A stretch of DNA of 62,292 nucleotides, the filler included. It is 4 parts of 4 records of this genome, joined end to end, with 100 filler letters (N's around TTAATTAATTAA, not from the genome) between each part and the next. Parts side by side here need not be neighbours in the genome. Positions count along the whole stretch, not along the records: positions 1 to 26,539 come from SRR20825006_1506; 3 more parts are not named here. The stretch is one strand, 5' to 3'. This document shows positions 1 to 9,285 of this stretch, piece by piece (within the stretch, counting starts at the first letter, position 1; every line of letters begins with the position of its first letter). The notes under the pieces are model-generated. The model searched no databases and was not told the DNA's origin. It saw only the letters and a program-made list of their open reading frames with translations. Made by a program: the position numbers and the translations under genes.

Positions 1-102
1 GTCGGATTACGCCTTTAGGCTCTCTGTGCCGCTACATTCGTAGATCCGTAGGTCGAATTAGCCTAAAGGCGTAATCCGACATCCAAAGCTAACTCAACCT
101 AC
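1..102. repeat. GTAG-type REP cluster (inverted REP pair plus a degenerate half copy)
   Basis: 1-21 GTCGGATTACGCCTTTAGGCT is the exact reverse complement of 60-80. 48-80 is GTAG followed by an imperfect palindrome. 88-102 matches the reverse complement of 48-62 at 13/15. Confidence 0.8.
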
Positions 103-110
103 AAAGCCCA

Positions 111-1067
111 CTAGAATCGATAGCCACTGTCCGGCGTGGAAATGGGCGCTGGCACAGGTAACGCTGGCGGCTCCTCACTCTCGCCGGACGACTCGGGCAC
201 CTCTTTCGCTTTCGTCACCTCGGCAGCACAATCATTGTCCTGCATGAAATCCACCAAACGCTGCTGCACCGCCGGATCCCGAGTACTTTCCGTGTGTCCG
301 CCACGCAGTTTCTGGAAGGTTTTGGGTTGCTCTGCGGCCGCGTACAGCCGCTCGCCGTGAGCGAAGGGAATCACCGGGTCATCTTCACTGTGCATCACCA
401 GCAAGGGCGTCGGCGCAATGTCAGCCACCCGCGCCTCCGGGTCCAGTGCGCGGTCCGGCATGGTAGGCACCACCATCCAGCGCAGTGGCCACAGCAACCA
501 GCTACGCTTCATCACATCGCTGGTGATATCCCGGTAGCTGGCAAACGCCGCCTCCAGAATCACGCAATCTGCCGCCCCGGCATTGGCCTCTTCGCCCAAC
601 ACGCTGGCGGCCATGGACGCACCCAGGCTCTGCCCGAATACCACCAACGGCGCACCTTCCGTGCGCTGGGCATGGCGTAGCCAGTCCAGTCCCAGTTGCA
701 CATCATCGAAAACATCCGGCAGCCGCGGCTTGCCTTCCGACAGCCCATAGCCCCGGTAATCCAGCAGGAAGACGTTATAGCCCCGCGCCGGCAGCCACTG
801 CACATTGGCCAGATGGGTGCTGATATTCTGGGCGTTACCGTGCAGAAAATAGACCGTGCCACGGGCCGGCGCATCATCGGCCGCCGGTAGCCACCAACCG
901 TGGATACGCATGCCGCGCGGATGTATCAGTACAATATCTTCGTACTGCAACCCCTGGTTTTCCGGGTTCTGCACCCACGGAGACATGGGGTAGAAAAACA
1001 GTTTGCTGCACCCTGCCAGCAGCAGGCCCAGCAGCAACGCTGCGCTTAATCGTAATACCATCGCCAT
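111..1067 (-). CDS. Alpha/beta hydrolase lipoprotein (YfhR/ABHD13-ABHD17-like)
   Basis: Lipobox LAGC; HGNA oxyanion motif, DYRGYG, nucleophile GQSLG, HSEDD acid, GGH histidine. Confidence 0.9.
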   Translation of the reverse strand: MAMVLRLSAALLLGLLLAGCSKLFFYPMSPWVQNPENQGLQYEDIVLIHPRGMRIHGWWLPAADDAPARGTVYFLHGNAQNISTHLANVQWLPARGYNVFLLDYRGYGLSEGKPRLPDVFDDVQLGLDWLRHAQRTEGAPLVVFGQSLGASMAASVLGEEANAGAADCVILEAAFASYRDITSDVMKRSWLLWPLRWMVVPTMPDRALDPEARVADIAPTPLLVMHSEDDPVIPFAHGERLYAAAEQPKTFQKLRGGHTESTRDPAVQQRLVDFMQDNDCAAEVTKAKEVPESSGESEEPPALPVPAPISTPDSGYRF

Positions 1068-2869
1068 TGGAGTTTGAACTCGTCATCGTAACCGCCCCGT
1101 CTGTTCTCGCGCTCCAGCGAAGCGCGCAAGCCGTGCTGGCGGGTCATTGCCCACTGCACCGCAAACTGGGAGGTGTATCGATATTCATCGTTGGTGAAAT
1201 AATGCCCCACACTACCTAACTGCCACTGCCAGTCGCCACGGTGATACAAAATGCCCGTGTCCAGACCGGCCCCCGGGGTCAGGAAGGTGCCGAACTCGCT
1301 ATTATTCTCCATTCGCACGCTGGTTAACAGATACGGCTGCCAGTTCCCCCACAGCCAACTGCCGCCAGCACCACCCTGCATGTAGCGCACCAGCCGGCGG
1401 CGCCCCGCCCAGGCACGCTCCAGGCCACCTTCCACGTACCAGCTCAGAGGCTTCATAAACCGGTTGCGCGGTGCCAGGGAACGGATGCTCACCACGTCCA
1501 GCTCTTCCAGCTTGACCTGCCCGGACTCGGTGCTACGCAAAGTCAGGTCCAGCCCTTCGATCTGTGCCCCGCGCAGAAAGCCGTATTGATTGTCGAGCAA
1601 ATCATGGTAGGTGAGCCGGTAAGTCAGCTCGCCAAAATCCTGCTCGCCTGCGCGCTGCCCACCACTAACCCCCAGCATCTGGGTGCCGTGCCCTTTTTCC
1701 GGTGGCTCGGGGTTCTCGGTTTCCGGCACCGGTGCGGCGGGCAGGCTGTTCATCAACGTCAGTAGCGCAAAGGAGCGTTTCGCCACATCCGGGGTTCGCT
1801 CTTCCTTGCGATGGGTCAGCCTGATGTAGCGATAAGCCACCGCCGCCATAATCGCCCGGGTTTCTTCCGGTTCAGCCCTAAAGGCAGGCGATTCGGCCAG
1901 GTCAGGGTCATCCGCCAGCGCCCTTGCCAGTTTTTGCTGCGCACCATCCAGTTGCCTGCGCAGATTATCCAACTCTACGGATTTGGAGGGCCGATAATGG
2001 CGGCTGTTAATAATGTCGCGCTCATCCAGCGCGCGCACTGTGTTCACCGGCACTTCGGCAAACCGCAACTCGCTGAGCAATTCGGATCCCGGACGCGCCA
2101 CTTCCACCAGCTCTAGCAGGCGAAACGAACAATTTTCATCAAAAAAGTAGTAATCGAAGTTGATGTCTTTCAATTCCCAGAGATGATCAATCAGCCAATC
2201 GATTTCCGTCTGATCAAGATCCAGGGTGTATTCCCACATATCCCGGTTTTCCATGTGCGAATATTCCTGAATCTTCTGCACATAGGGCACCAACGCAAAA
2301 CGGCCGGGGTAACCGCCAGCCAAACCGCGATACATATAGAAAAACGAATTGTCGGCTTCAGTAGAAACCGCACCAAAATTCACCGCCCAGGACAGCCACA
2401 CCGCACTGTCTTCACCCTGGTCCAGGCGTAGCAAGGTATGTCCGAACATGGACGAAGGGCTGTTCAAATAGGCTGCGGGGAAAACCAGCACCGCACGGTT
2501 GGCATGAATCGCGCCGCGCCATTCGTTGTAGTCAGCGCAGTGTGAAAAGGGTGCCTCGTCCTGCCAACCCAGGTGCTCAGACAGAAAACGATAGCGCGCC
2601 GGAAAACGGCAACGCGCCAGGGAACCCGCCGCATGAAGAGCCCTCTCGGTGGCCTCAAGCTCGGCTAACGGGTCGGTCTTCCCGGAATCGGCGAGAAAAA
2701 ACGTATCGTCATCCACATAACTCTGGTGTTTGTCACGCAGAGTCGCACCGGGGTTGATATGCAATAACGCCTGCCAGCGAGGAGTTTCCGCCAGTTCGGC
2801 CAAGGTAGGGGTTGCAGCAAACGCCGGCATAAACCAGCACAGCAGCACACAGAAAAGACCAGTGCGCAT
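1046..2869 (-). CDS. DUF4105 (Lnb N-terminal-like) domain protein with probable C-terminal outer-membrane beta-barrel
   Basis: Signal peptide; SMFGHTLLR and YYFFDENCS motifs; ENRDMWEY; alternating aromatic/hydrophobic strands in the last ~210 aa ending FKLQWRWYYD. Confidence 0.85.
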   Translation of the reverse strand: MRTGLFCVLLCWFMPAFAATPTLAELAETPRWQALLHINPGATLRDKHQSYVDDDTFFLADSGKTDPLAELEATERALHAAGSLARCRFPARYRFLSEHLGWQDEAPFSHCADYNEWRGAIHANRAVLVFPAAYLNSPSSMFGHTLLRLDQGEDSAVWLSWAVNFGAVSTEADNSFFYMYRGLAGGYPGRFALVPYVQKIQEYSHMENRDMWEYTLDLDQTEIDWLIDHLWELKDINFDYYFFDENCSFRLLELVEVARPGSELLSELRFAEVPVNTVRALDERDIINSRHYRPSKSVELDNLRRQLDGAQQKLARALADDPDLAESPAFRAEPEETRAIMAAVAYRYIRLTHRKEERTPDVAKRSFALLTLMNSLPAAPVPETENPEPPEKGHGTQMLGVSGGQRAGEQDFGELTYRLTYHDLLDNQYGFLRGAQIEGLDLTLRSTESGQVKLEELDVVSIRSLAPRNRFMKPLSWYVEGGLERAWAGRRRLVRYMQGGAGGSWLWGNWQPYLLTSVRMENNSEFGTFLTPGAGLDTGILYHRGDWQWQLGSVGHYFTNDEYRYTSQFAVQWAMTRQHGLRASLERENRRGGYDDEFKLQWRWYYD

Positions 2870-2923
2870 CCGGATTCATCCGTCTAGATTAACAAGCCGA
2901 CAACAGTGTCAGAAAAGAGGATC

Positions 2924-2952
2924 AAAAAAACAAAACCCCGCCAGAAGCGGGG
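2924..2952 (-). terminator. Intrinsic terminator between DUF3015 and DUF4105 genes
   Basis: Minus strand CCCCGC-ttctg-GCGGGG followed by TTTTGTTTTTTT, about 22 nt after the DUF3015 stop. Confidence 0.7.
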
Positions 2953-2974
2953 CCCTGATGGAACTTTTTGCCAA

Positions 2975-3457
2975 TTAGGCCAGGTACTTGGACAGCGCCT
3001 GATCCTGCTTCATTACGTCAGTGATGCTTGCCATTACGTCGGCAGCGGTCACGTCCTGGTTCGGGAAAATGGTCGCGAAGTTTTCATGCATCAGCGCATT
3101 GAAGCGTGCACGGTCTTCAGCCTGAATACCCATGGAAACAGACAGGGCAGTCAGGGCTTCACCGTCGCCGGTAGCCATGTCCTGGGCCACTTCTTCCATT
3201 ACACCCGTCATGCCCAGCAGGCTTTGGCCACTGTAAGTCAGGGCGCCGCTGGTATCACAACCGTTAGTCCCTGTGGTTATGCCGAAAGTAGCGTTACCGG
3301 TCGAACCGTTAAAGGTGACACCCAACAGATGCATGGGCATGCCGGATTTACCTTCGAACAGCAAATTGCCCCAACCACAGCCCGGACCACCCGGAGCCAC
3401 AGCCATGGCCGATGTTGAAGCGCCCAGCAGAGCGGCAGCGATAAGTGTCTTTTTCAT
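2975..3457 (-). CDS. DUF3015 family secreted protein
   Basis: Signal peptide ending AMA; GCGWG, TFGITTGTNGC and DMAxGxGE motifs; GGAG RBS. Confidence 0.85.
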   Translation of the reverse strand: MKKTLIAAALLGASTSAMAVAPGGPGCGWGNLLFEGKSGMPMHLLGVTFNGSTGNATFGITTGTNGCDTSGALTYSGQSLLGMTGVMEEVAQDMATGDGEALTALSVSMGIQAEDRARFNALMHENFATIFPNQDVTAADVMASITDVMKQDQALSKYLA

Positions 3458-3621
3458 CCTGAAATCTCCCAGTCTTTATTTAGAATCCTAGGGGGAGCGC
3501 GCTGGTCTTCACTGCCAATCATCAGCGTTGCGAGACCGCTTACGTCCCCGCCGCATTCTTTGCGGCTGGTTTCATCATAAACAAGGCGTATGCCGTTGCA
3601 ATCGATAAAACGGCACGCCCG

Positions 3622-4059
3622 TCACACCGAAAGCATAAAAGTCACCGGGCCATCATTCACCAGATGCACCTGCATATCCGCGCCGAACTCCCCCGTCGCT
3701 ACGGATAGATGCTTTTCTTCCAGCGCCTCGACAAATTTCTCATACAGCCGACGCCCCTCCGCCGGTACCGCTGCACTGCTAAAACTGGGCCGCCGGCCCT
3801 TGCGGGTATCAGCGGCCAGGGTAAATTGCGACACCACCAACAATGCCCCCTGTACATCCCGAATATCCAGATTCATTTTCCCTTCCGCATCGCTGAACAG
3901 GCGATAGCTCAGTACCCGTTCAGCCATGCGCACAATGGCCGCATCGTCATCACCCTTCTCGATCCCCACCAACAACAACATCCCGTGGCCAATCGCGCCA
4001 ACGGTTTCCTCTGCCACAACCACGTGGGCCTCACGACATCGCTGAACAAGAACTTTCAT
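3622..4059 (-). CDS. dtd: D-aminoacyl-tRNA deacylase
   Basis: MKVLVQR start, SQFTL and NDGPVT signature motifs. Confidence 0.97.
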   Translation of the reverse strand: MKVLVQRCREAHVVVAEETVGAIGHGMLLLVGIEKGDDDAAIVRMAERVLSYRLFSDAEGKMNLDIRDVQGALLVVSQFTLAADTRKGRRPSFSSAAVPAEGRRLYEKFVEALEEKHLSVATGEFGADMQVHLVNDGPVTFMLSV

Positions 4060-4115
4060 ATTCACCTGCTGACTGAACGAGATTCTGGCTGTGTGCCTAG
4101 AGGAACAAGGGTATG

Positions 4116-4235
4116 TATAATCGCCCCTTGGACAAGCGCCCCCAACGATTTGCCATGCCGCTGGGGCCGCAACGTGCCTCCAAACGCCAGGGAACGGGCA
4201 ATGCGGGGCACAGCAGACACTCGAAAATCATTATA
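4116..4235. promoter_or_regulatory. Candidate divergent sigma70 -10 elements for the aryl-polyene cluster (+) and dtd (-)
   Basis: TATAAT on + at 4116-4121 and on - at 4230-4235 in the only intergenic gap; -35 boxes are weak. Confidence 0.35.
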
Positions 4236-4302
4236 ACCATCTGCTTTTAGTCGTTCATTTCGCCGGGTCGGCATGACACCCGGTGCGAGCAGTCGGGGAA
4301 CC

Positions 4303-5010
4303 ATGCCAGAACTGACCATCACAGTGAGCCACTGGGCCGCCTGGGCGCCAGGGATAAGCAGCCCGCCGCAATGGGCACGCTGGGTGCCGGGCCAGCCCCC
4401 GGGCGAGGGCACGCCAGATGTGAGCTGGTTACCGGCGCTGCAACGGCGGCGCCTGTCTCCCCTTGCCCGCAGCGTTTTCCATGTGGTCAACGAAATTGCC
4501 CAGCAACATAACGTGAGCACCTTGCCCACCGTGCTGGCGTCACGCCATGGCGAAATCGCCCGCACCCAGACCCTGCTGGAAAATCTGGCCGATCGGGAAC
4601 CCTTGTCCCCGGCCACCTTCAGCCTGTCCGTCCATAATGCTATTGGCGGCCAGCTCAGCATTGCCCTGGGCAACCAGCAACCGGTCAGCAGCGTGGCACT
4701 GGGCGAAGAAGGGCTGGGCTCCGCGTTGCTGGAAGCGGCCTGCCTGCAGGACGGCGACACACCCGTGTTGGTTTTGGTCTACGACGGCCCCCTGCCGGCA
4801 TACTATCTGCCCTACGGTGACAGCGAGCCCTTTACCTGGGCCATTGCCCTGCTGCTGGGCGGCGACGGCCCCCGCTTCCGGCTCAGTCCCGGGCCAGCCA
4901 GCCCCGACACAGTCGCGCAGGGGCCGCACCTGGCCCGCGCCCTGGCCCGGGACGACACGCATATTGCCCTGCCCGGTCAACGCAGCGGCTGGCAGCTGGA
5001 GAGACTATGA
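4303..5010 (+). CDS. Beta-ketoacyl synthase chain-length factor (ApeC-like)
   Basis: RRRLS, SRHGE and SPATFSLSVHNA motifs; no catalytic Cys motif; GGGGAA RBS before ATG 4303. Confidence 0.9.
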   Translation: MPELTITVSHWAAWAPGISSPPQWARWVPGQPPGEGTPDVSWLPALQRRRLSPLARSVFHVVNEIAQQHNVSTLPTVLASRHGEIARTQTLLENLADREPLSPATFSLSVHNAIGGQLSIALGNQQPVSSVALGEEGLGSALLEAACLQDGDTPVLVLVYDGPLPAYYLPYGDSEPFTWAIALLLGGDGPRFRLSPGPASPDTVAQGPHLARALARDDTHIALPGQRSGWQLERL

Positions 5011-5846
5011 GTTCAACCTCGCAAACCGAAACCCCGGGGCTGCCGAAAAGCCTGCGCCTGGTCAGTACCGCCATCAGCTTTGCCGGCTTTGGCGCTGGCG
5101 GGTTGGTGATCGCCGTATTGATGACACTCAGCCGGTTGCTGCCCGGCTCGCAGCAAAAGCGGGCCCAGCGCGGCCAGTTCATCGTGCACACCGCGTTTCG
5201 GCTGCATATCTGGCTGATGGAAAGTCTGGGAGTCATGCGCCTGCAGCTGCGCGGTGAAAACAAGCTGAACCAACCCGGGCAACTGGTCATCGCCAATCAC
5301 CCCAGCTTGATTGATGTGGTCTGCCTGATCAGCCGGATCCCCCACGCCAACTGCATCGTCAAACACCAGCTCTTCAATAACCCCTTTACCTGGGGGCCGG
5401 TCACCGGTGCCGGCTTCATCAGCAACAAAGACCCGGAAACCATGATCAACGAAGCGGTAGACTGGCTCAACGCCGGCGGCACCATGGTGATCTTTCCGGA
5501 AGGCACCCGTACCCGGCCGGGCGAACCACTGCGGTTTCAGCGCGGCACCGCCAATATTGCCCTGCGTGCCAACTGCCGCCTGAGCCCGGTGACCATTCGC
5601 TGCACCCCGACCACCCTGACCAAGGCCGAACCCTGGTACCGGATACCGGCGCGGCGCTTCACCATGGACCTGCAAGTGCAGGACGATATCGCGCTGGCCC
5701 CCTTCAAGGATGACGGCGCCTCCCCCCTGGCGGTGCGCCGCCTGACCCGTTTTCTGGAACAGTACTTCAACGAGGAGATCAACGCCGATGAGCGACACTC
5801 TGGAACACGAACTCAAGGCGCTGATTATCAGCACTCTGGATCTTGA
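5007..5846 (+). CDS. Lysophospholipid acyltransferase, PlsC family (ApeD-like)
   Basis: NHPSLID (HX4D) and FPEGTR motifs. Confidence 0.92.
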   Translation: MSSTSQTETPGLPKSLRLVSTAISFAGFGAGGLVIAVLMTLSRLLPGSQQKRAQRGQFIVHTAFRLHIWLMESLGVMRLQLRGENKLNQPGQLVIANHPSLIDVVCLISRIPHANCIVKHQLFNNPFTWGPVTGAGFISNKDPETMINEAVDWLNAGGTMVIFPEGTRTRPGEPLRFQRGTANIALRANCRLSPVTIRCTPTTLTKAEPWYRIPARRFTMDLQVQDDIALAPFKDDGASPLAVRRLTRFLEQYFNEEINADERHSGTRTQGADYQHSGS

Positions 5847-6045
5847 GGATATCACTCCCGCAGATATCGACAGCGAAGCCCCGTTGTTTGGCGACGGTCT
5901 GGGCCTGGATTCCATCGACGCGCTGGAGCTGGGTCTGGCCATTGCCAAGACCTACGACGTAAAAATGGATGCAGACAACGAAGAAACCCGTCAGCACTTT
6001 GCCAGCATCAAGGCCCTGGCGGCTTTTGTACAAGAGAACCGGTGA
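5788..6045 (+). CDS. Acyl carrier protein (ApeE-like)
   Basis: GLGLDSIDALEL phosphopantetheine site; acidic 85 aa; GAGGAG RBS. Confidence 0.95.
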   Translation: MSDTLEHELKALIISTLDLEDITPADIDSEAPLFGDGLGLDSIDALELGLAIAKTYDVKMDADNEETRQHFASIKALAAFVQENR

Positions 6046-6050
6046 TAGCC

Positions 6051-6299
6051 ATGCAGAACTATGACGATATTTTTCCGCTGGTGCGCGACATTCTGGTCGA
6101 CATGTTTGAACTGGACGCGGAGCAAATCCAGCCGGATGCCAAGCTCTATGACGACCTGGATATCGACAGCATCGACGCCGTCGACCTGGTGGTAAAAATC
6201 AAGGAAGTCACCGGGCGCAAGGTCAAACCGGAAGACTTCAAAAGCGTGCGCACCATTGATGACGTGGTGATCGCCGTACAGAAACTGCTGGAAGACTGA
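6051..6299 (+). CDS. Acyl carrier protein (ApeF-like)
   Basis: DLDIDSIDAVDL phosphopantetheine site. Confidence 0.95.
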   Translation: MQNYDDIFPLVRDILVDMFELDAEQIQPDAKLYDDLDIDSIDAVDLVVKIKEVTGRKVKPEDFKSVRTIDDVVIAVQKLLED

Positions 6300-6851
6300 A
6301 TGCTGCGCGGCACCTTGCTGACCCTGCTGATCGCCCTCACTGTGGCCTACCCGCTGGCGGTTTACTATGGGCTGCAGCACGTTTCGCCACGGATAATGGC
6401 CGCCGCGTTGGCCGCCATTATCGGCCTGCGCCTGCTGGCTGATCGGCAACGCCGTTTCCTGCCGGTGGGCCTGGTGCTGCTGGTCTTCAGCGCGGTGGCA
6501 ATCTGGCGCGATGACCTGACCACGCTGCGTCTCTACCCGGTACTGGTAAACCTGGTCATGCTTGGCCTGTTCAGCTGGACCTTGCTGTTTCCGCCCTCAT
6601 TGATCGAACGCCTGGCGCGACTGAAAGAGCCAGACCTGCCACCCAGCGGCGTACGCTATACCCGCCGGGTGACCCAGGTGTGGTGTGGCTTTTTTGTGCT
6701 CAACGGCAGCATCGCGGCTTATACCGCCCTGTACAGCAGCCTGGCCACCTGGACCCTGTACAACGGCCTGATCAGCTACCTGCTGATGGGTACCCTGTTC
6801 GGCGGTGAATTTTTGCTGCGCCTGCGTATTCGCAAACAACCCGCGCCATGA
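6300..6851 (+). CDS. COG4648-type membrane protein (ApeG-like)
   Basis: Multiple TM segments; LYPVLVN, IERLARL, YTRRVT and WTLYNG motifs. Confidence 0.88.
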   Translation: MLRGTLLTLLIALTVAYPLAVYYGLQHVSPRIMAAALAAIIGLRLLADRQRRFLPVGLVLLVFSAVAIWRDDLTTLRLYPVLVNLVMLGLFSWTLLFPPSLIERLARLKEPDLPPSGVRYTRRVTQVWCGFFVLNGSIAAYTALYSSLATWTLYNGLISYLLMGTLFGGEFLLRLRIRKQPAP

Positions 6852-8539
6852 TGATGCTTACTCACCTGTTCCCCTCATTAGCCGATGACCATCTGATTGG
6901 CTGGCACCAGAACCAGCCCATCCGGGGCGAACAGCTGTGCGCGGATGTGGCCGCACTGAGTGGCCAGCTGGACACACTCCCGGCGCGCCACTGGGCGGTC
7001 TTTCATGGTCACGCCTACCCAACGCTGGTGGCGCTGCTGGCCCTGTGGCAAACCGGACGCAGCGCCTGGTTGCCCGGCAATAATCTGCCCTCCACCGAAG
7101 CCGCGTTGGCCGATCACTGCCAGGGCTTCCTGGGCGAATGGCAAACACCCACCCCCCTACCCAATGGCGACACGTTGACTCTCGGCAACGCCAGCCCGGA
7201 CGCCGAACTGGTAATTTTCACCTCTGGCTCCAGCGGCGAACCCAAGGCGATCCACAAGCAATACCGCCAGCTCCTTAATGAGCTGGACACCCTGGAACAG
7301 GCCTTCGGCCACCGGCTCACCGCCGACACTGTGTTCGCAGGCACCGTCAGTCACCAGCACATTTATGGCCTGTTGTTCCGGCTGCTATGGCCCCTGGCCA
7401 GCGGTCGTCCACTGGTCAGCGAACAGCTGCAGGACCCTCTCAGCCTGCTCACCCGAGCCCAGTCGCAGCCTACTGCCTGGGTGGCCAGCCCGGCGCACCT
7501 GAAACGGCTACGCCACGATCTGCCCTGGCAAAAAACTCCACCGCTGCAGGCGATCTTTTCCTCCGGCGGCCCACTGCCCCGTGACATCGCCCTGCAGATG
7601 GCACAACAACATGGCCAACCGGTGACTGAAGTCTATGGCTCCAGCGAAACCGGCGGCATCGCCTGGCGCTGCCAGCAACCGGATGACGATAGCTGGGCAC
7701 CGTTGCCCGGCATCCATGTAAAGACAGAACACGGGCGCGCCACCCTGTACTCCCCCCATCTTCCGGACGGCCAGCCCTGCCCGCTGGATGACCAGATAGA
7801 AGAGCAGTCCAACGGCCGTTTCCGGCTTGGCCCCCGCAAGGACAGCATCGTGAAAATTGAAGGCAAGCGCCTGTCGCTCAACACCCTGCGCAGCGCCCTG
7901 AACAACGCCGAGTGGGTGGCCGAAGCCGATGTCATCGTGCTGCCCGACCAGCGACTGGGCGCCATCGTGGTGTTGACCGCCGCCGGCAGACAGGTCCTGG
8001 CCGAACAGGGTCGTCGCGCGCTCAGTCAAACGCTGCGCGCGCACCTGGCACCGCACGTGGATGCCGTGGGCCTGCCCCGCCGGTGGCGCTTTGTGGCGCG
8101 CTTGCCGGAAACCCCCCAGGGCAAACGCCCGCTGGCGCAGTTGCAGGCTCTGTTCACCAGCAGCCAGTCCCTGCTGCCCGAGCCGCTACCCGCAGAACCC
8201 CAGCCCGACCTCGCGGACAACACCGTTACCCTGGCCCTGCCCATCGACCACGACCTGCCCTGGTTCAGCGGCCACTTTGCCCAGCAAGGCGTGCTCCCCG
8301 GCGTGGTACAAATCGATTGGGCCGAAGGCTTTGCCCGGCAACACTTTTCGCTGCCCGGCACCCTCAGCCACCTGGAAGTCATCAAGTTCAACAGCCTGAT
8401 CACCCCCGGCAACCCGGTGCAACTGAAGCTGGAATGGAAGCCGGACAGCGGCAAGCTGTTGTTTGCTTTTCGCAGCCTGGACGATGACCGCCCACACAGC
8501 AGCGGCCGGCTGGTGTTCCACCCGGACAGCCCGTCATGA
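6848..8539 (+). CDS. AMP-dependent acyl-ACP synthetase fused to a FabA/FabZ-like dehydratase (ApeH-ApeI fusion)
   Basis: FTSGSSGEPK and YGSSETGG adenylation motifs; C-terminal FSGHF...LPGVVQI hotdog motif. Confidence 0.9.
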   Translation: MMMLTHLFPSLADDHLIGWHQNQPIRGEQLCADVAALSGQLDTLPARHWAVFHGHAYPTLVALLALWQTGRSAWLPGNNLPSTEAALADHCQGFLGEWQTPTPLPNGDTLTLGNASPDAELVIFTSGSSGEPKAIHKQYRQLLNELDTLEQAFGHRLTADTVFAGTVSHQHIYGLLFRLLWPLASGRPLVSEQLQDPLSLLTRAQSQPTAWVASPAHLKRLRHDLPWQKTPPLQAIFSSGGPLPRDIALQMAQQHGQPVTEVYGSSETGGIAWRCQQPDDDSWAPLPGIHVKTEHGRATLYSPHLPDGQPCPLDDQIEEQSNGRFRLGPRKDSIVKIEGKRLSLNTLRSALNNAEWVAEADVIVLPDQRLGAIVVLTAAGRQVLAEQGRRALSQTLRAHLAPHVDAVGLPRRWRFVARLPETPQGKRPLAQLQALFTSSQSLLPEPLPAEPQPDLADNTVTLALPIDHDLPWFSGHFAQQGVLPGVVQIDWAEGFARQHFSLPGTLSHLEVIKFNSLITPGNPVQLKLEWKPDSGKLLFAFRSLDDDRPHSSGRLVFHPDSPS

Positions 8540-9285
8540 ATGCCTGCATCGTGATTCCGGTATTCAATCATGGCGCCACCCTGGCCGGTGTACTGGCGCA
8601 GCTGCAACCGTTCGGGCTGCCGGTAATATTGGTGGATGACGGCAGCGATGCGGATACGGCCCGCACCTTGCGACAGCTGGCCAACGGCCATCCCGAACGC
8701 ATCACGCTGTACACGCGCACGGAGAATGGCGGCAAAGGCGCGGCGGTGATGGACGGCCTGCGCCAGGCCCGCCAGCTCGGCTTCAGCCACGCTCTGCAGA
8801 TTGATGCCGATGGCCAGCACCGCAGCGCCGACCTGCCCCGTTTTCTGGACGCCGCCCGCACCAACCCGAATGCGCTGATCACCGGCACACCGCAATACGA
8901 TGCCTCCGTGCCCAAGGGCCGACTGTATGGCCGCTACCTGACCCACGTGTGGGTCTGGATCAACACCCTGTCGCTGGATATTCGCGATTCCATGTGTGGG
9001 TTCCGGGTCTACCCACTGGTCCCCACCATGGCCATCATCGACCGTGTGGCCCTGGGCAAACGCATGGAATTCGACTGCGAAATCCTGGTCCGCCTGCACT
9101 GGCAGGGCACGCCCATCATCAACCTGCCCACGGCCGTCCAGTATCCGGAAAACGGGCTCTCCCACTTCCGCTTGCTGAAAGACAACCTGCTGATCAGCAA
9201 CATGCACGCCCGCCTGTTTTTCGGCATGCTGGTGCGCCTGCCATGGATCCTGTGGCGACGAATTCCGGGGCGGCGGCTGACATGA
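8536..9285 (+). CDS. Glycosyltransferase family 2
   Basis: VIPVFN, VDDGS, NGGKG and IDADGQH motifs. Confidence 0.93.
   Translation: MNACIVIPVFNHGATLAGVLAQLQPFGLPVILVDDGSDADTARTLRQLANGHPERITLYTRTENGGKGAAVMDGLRQARQLGFSHALQIDADGQHRSADLPRFLDAARTNPNALITGTPQYDASVPKGRLYGRYLTHVWVWINTLSLDIRDSMCGFRVYPLVPTMAIIDRVALGKRMEFDCEILVRLHWQGTPIINLPTAVQYPENGLSHFRLLKDNLLISNMHARLFFGMLVRLPWILWRRIPGRRLT

Noticed and set aside
3345-3390. DUF3015 segment GCGWGNLLFEGK resembles the flavivirus fusion loop (GWGNGCGLFGK)
   Set aside because: Short, Gly-rich and permuted, with no other class II fusion protein features; most likely coincidence.
8949-9281. N-terminal extension of the LpxL-like ORF suggesting a frameshifted GT2-acyltransferase fusion
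   Set aside because: Both genes are complete and joined by an ordinary ATGA overlap at 9282-9285; no slippery site seen.
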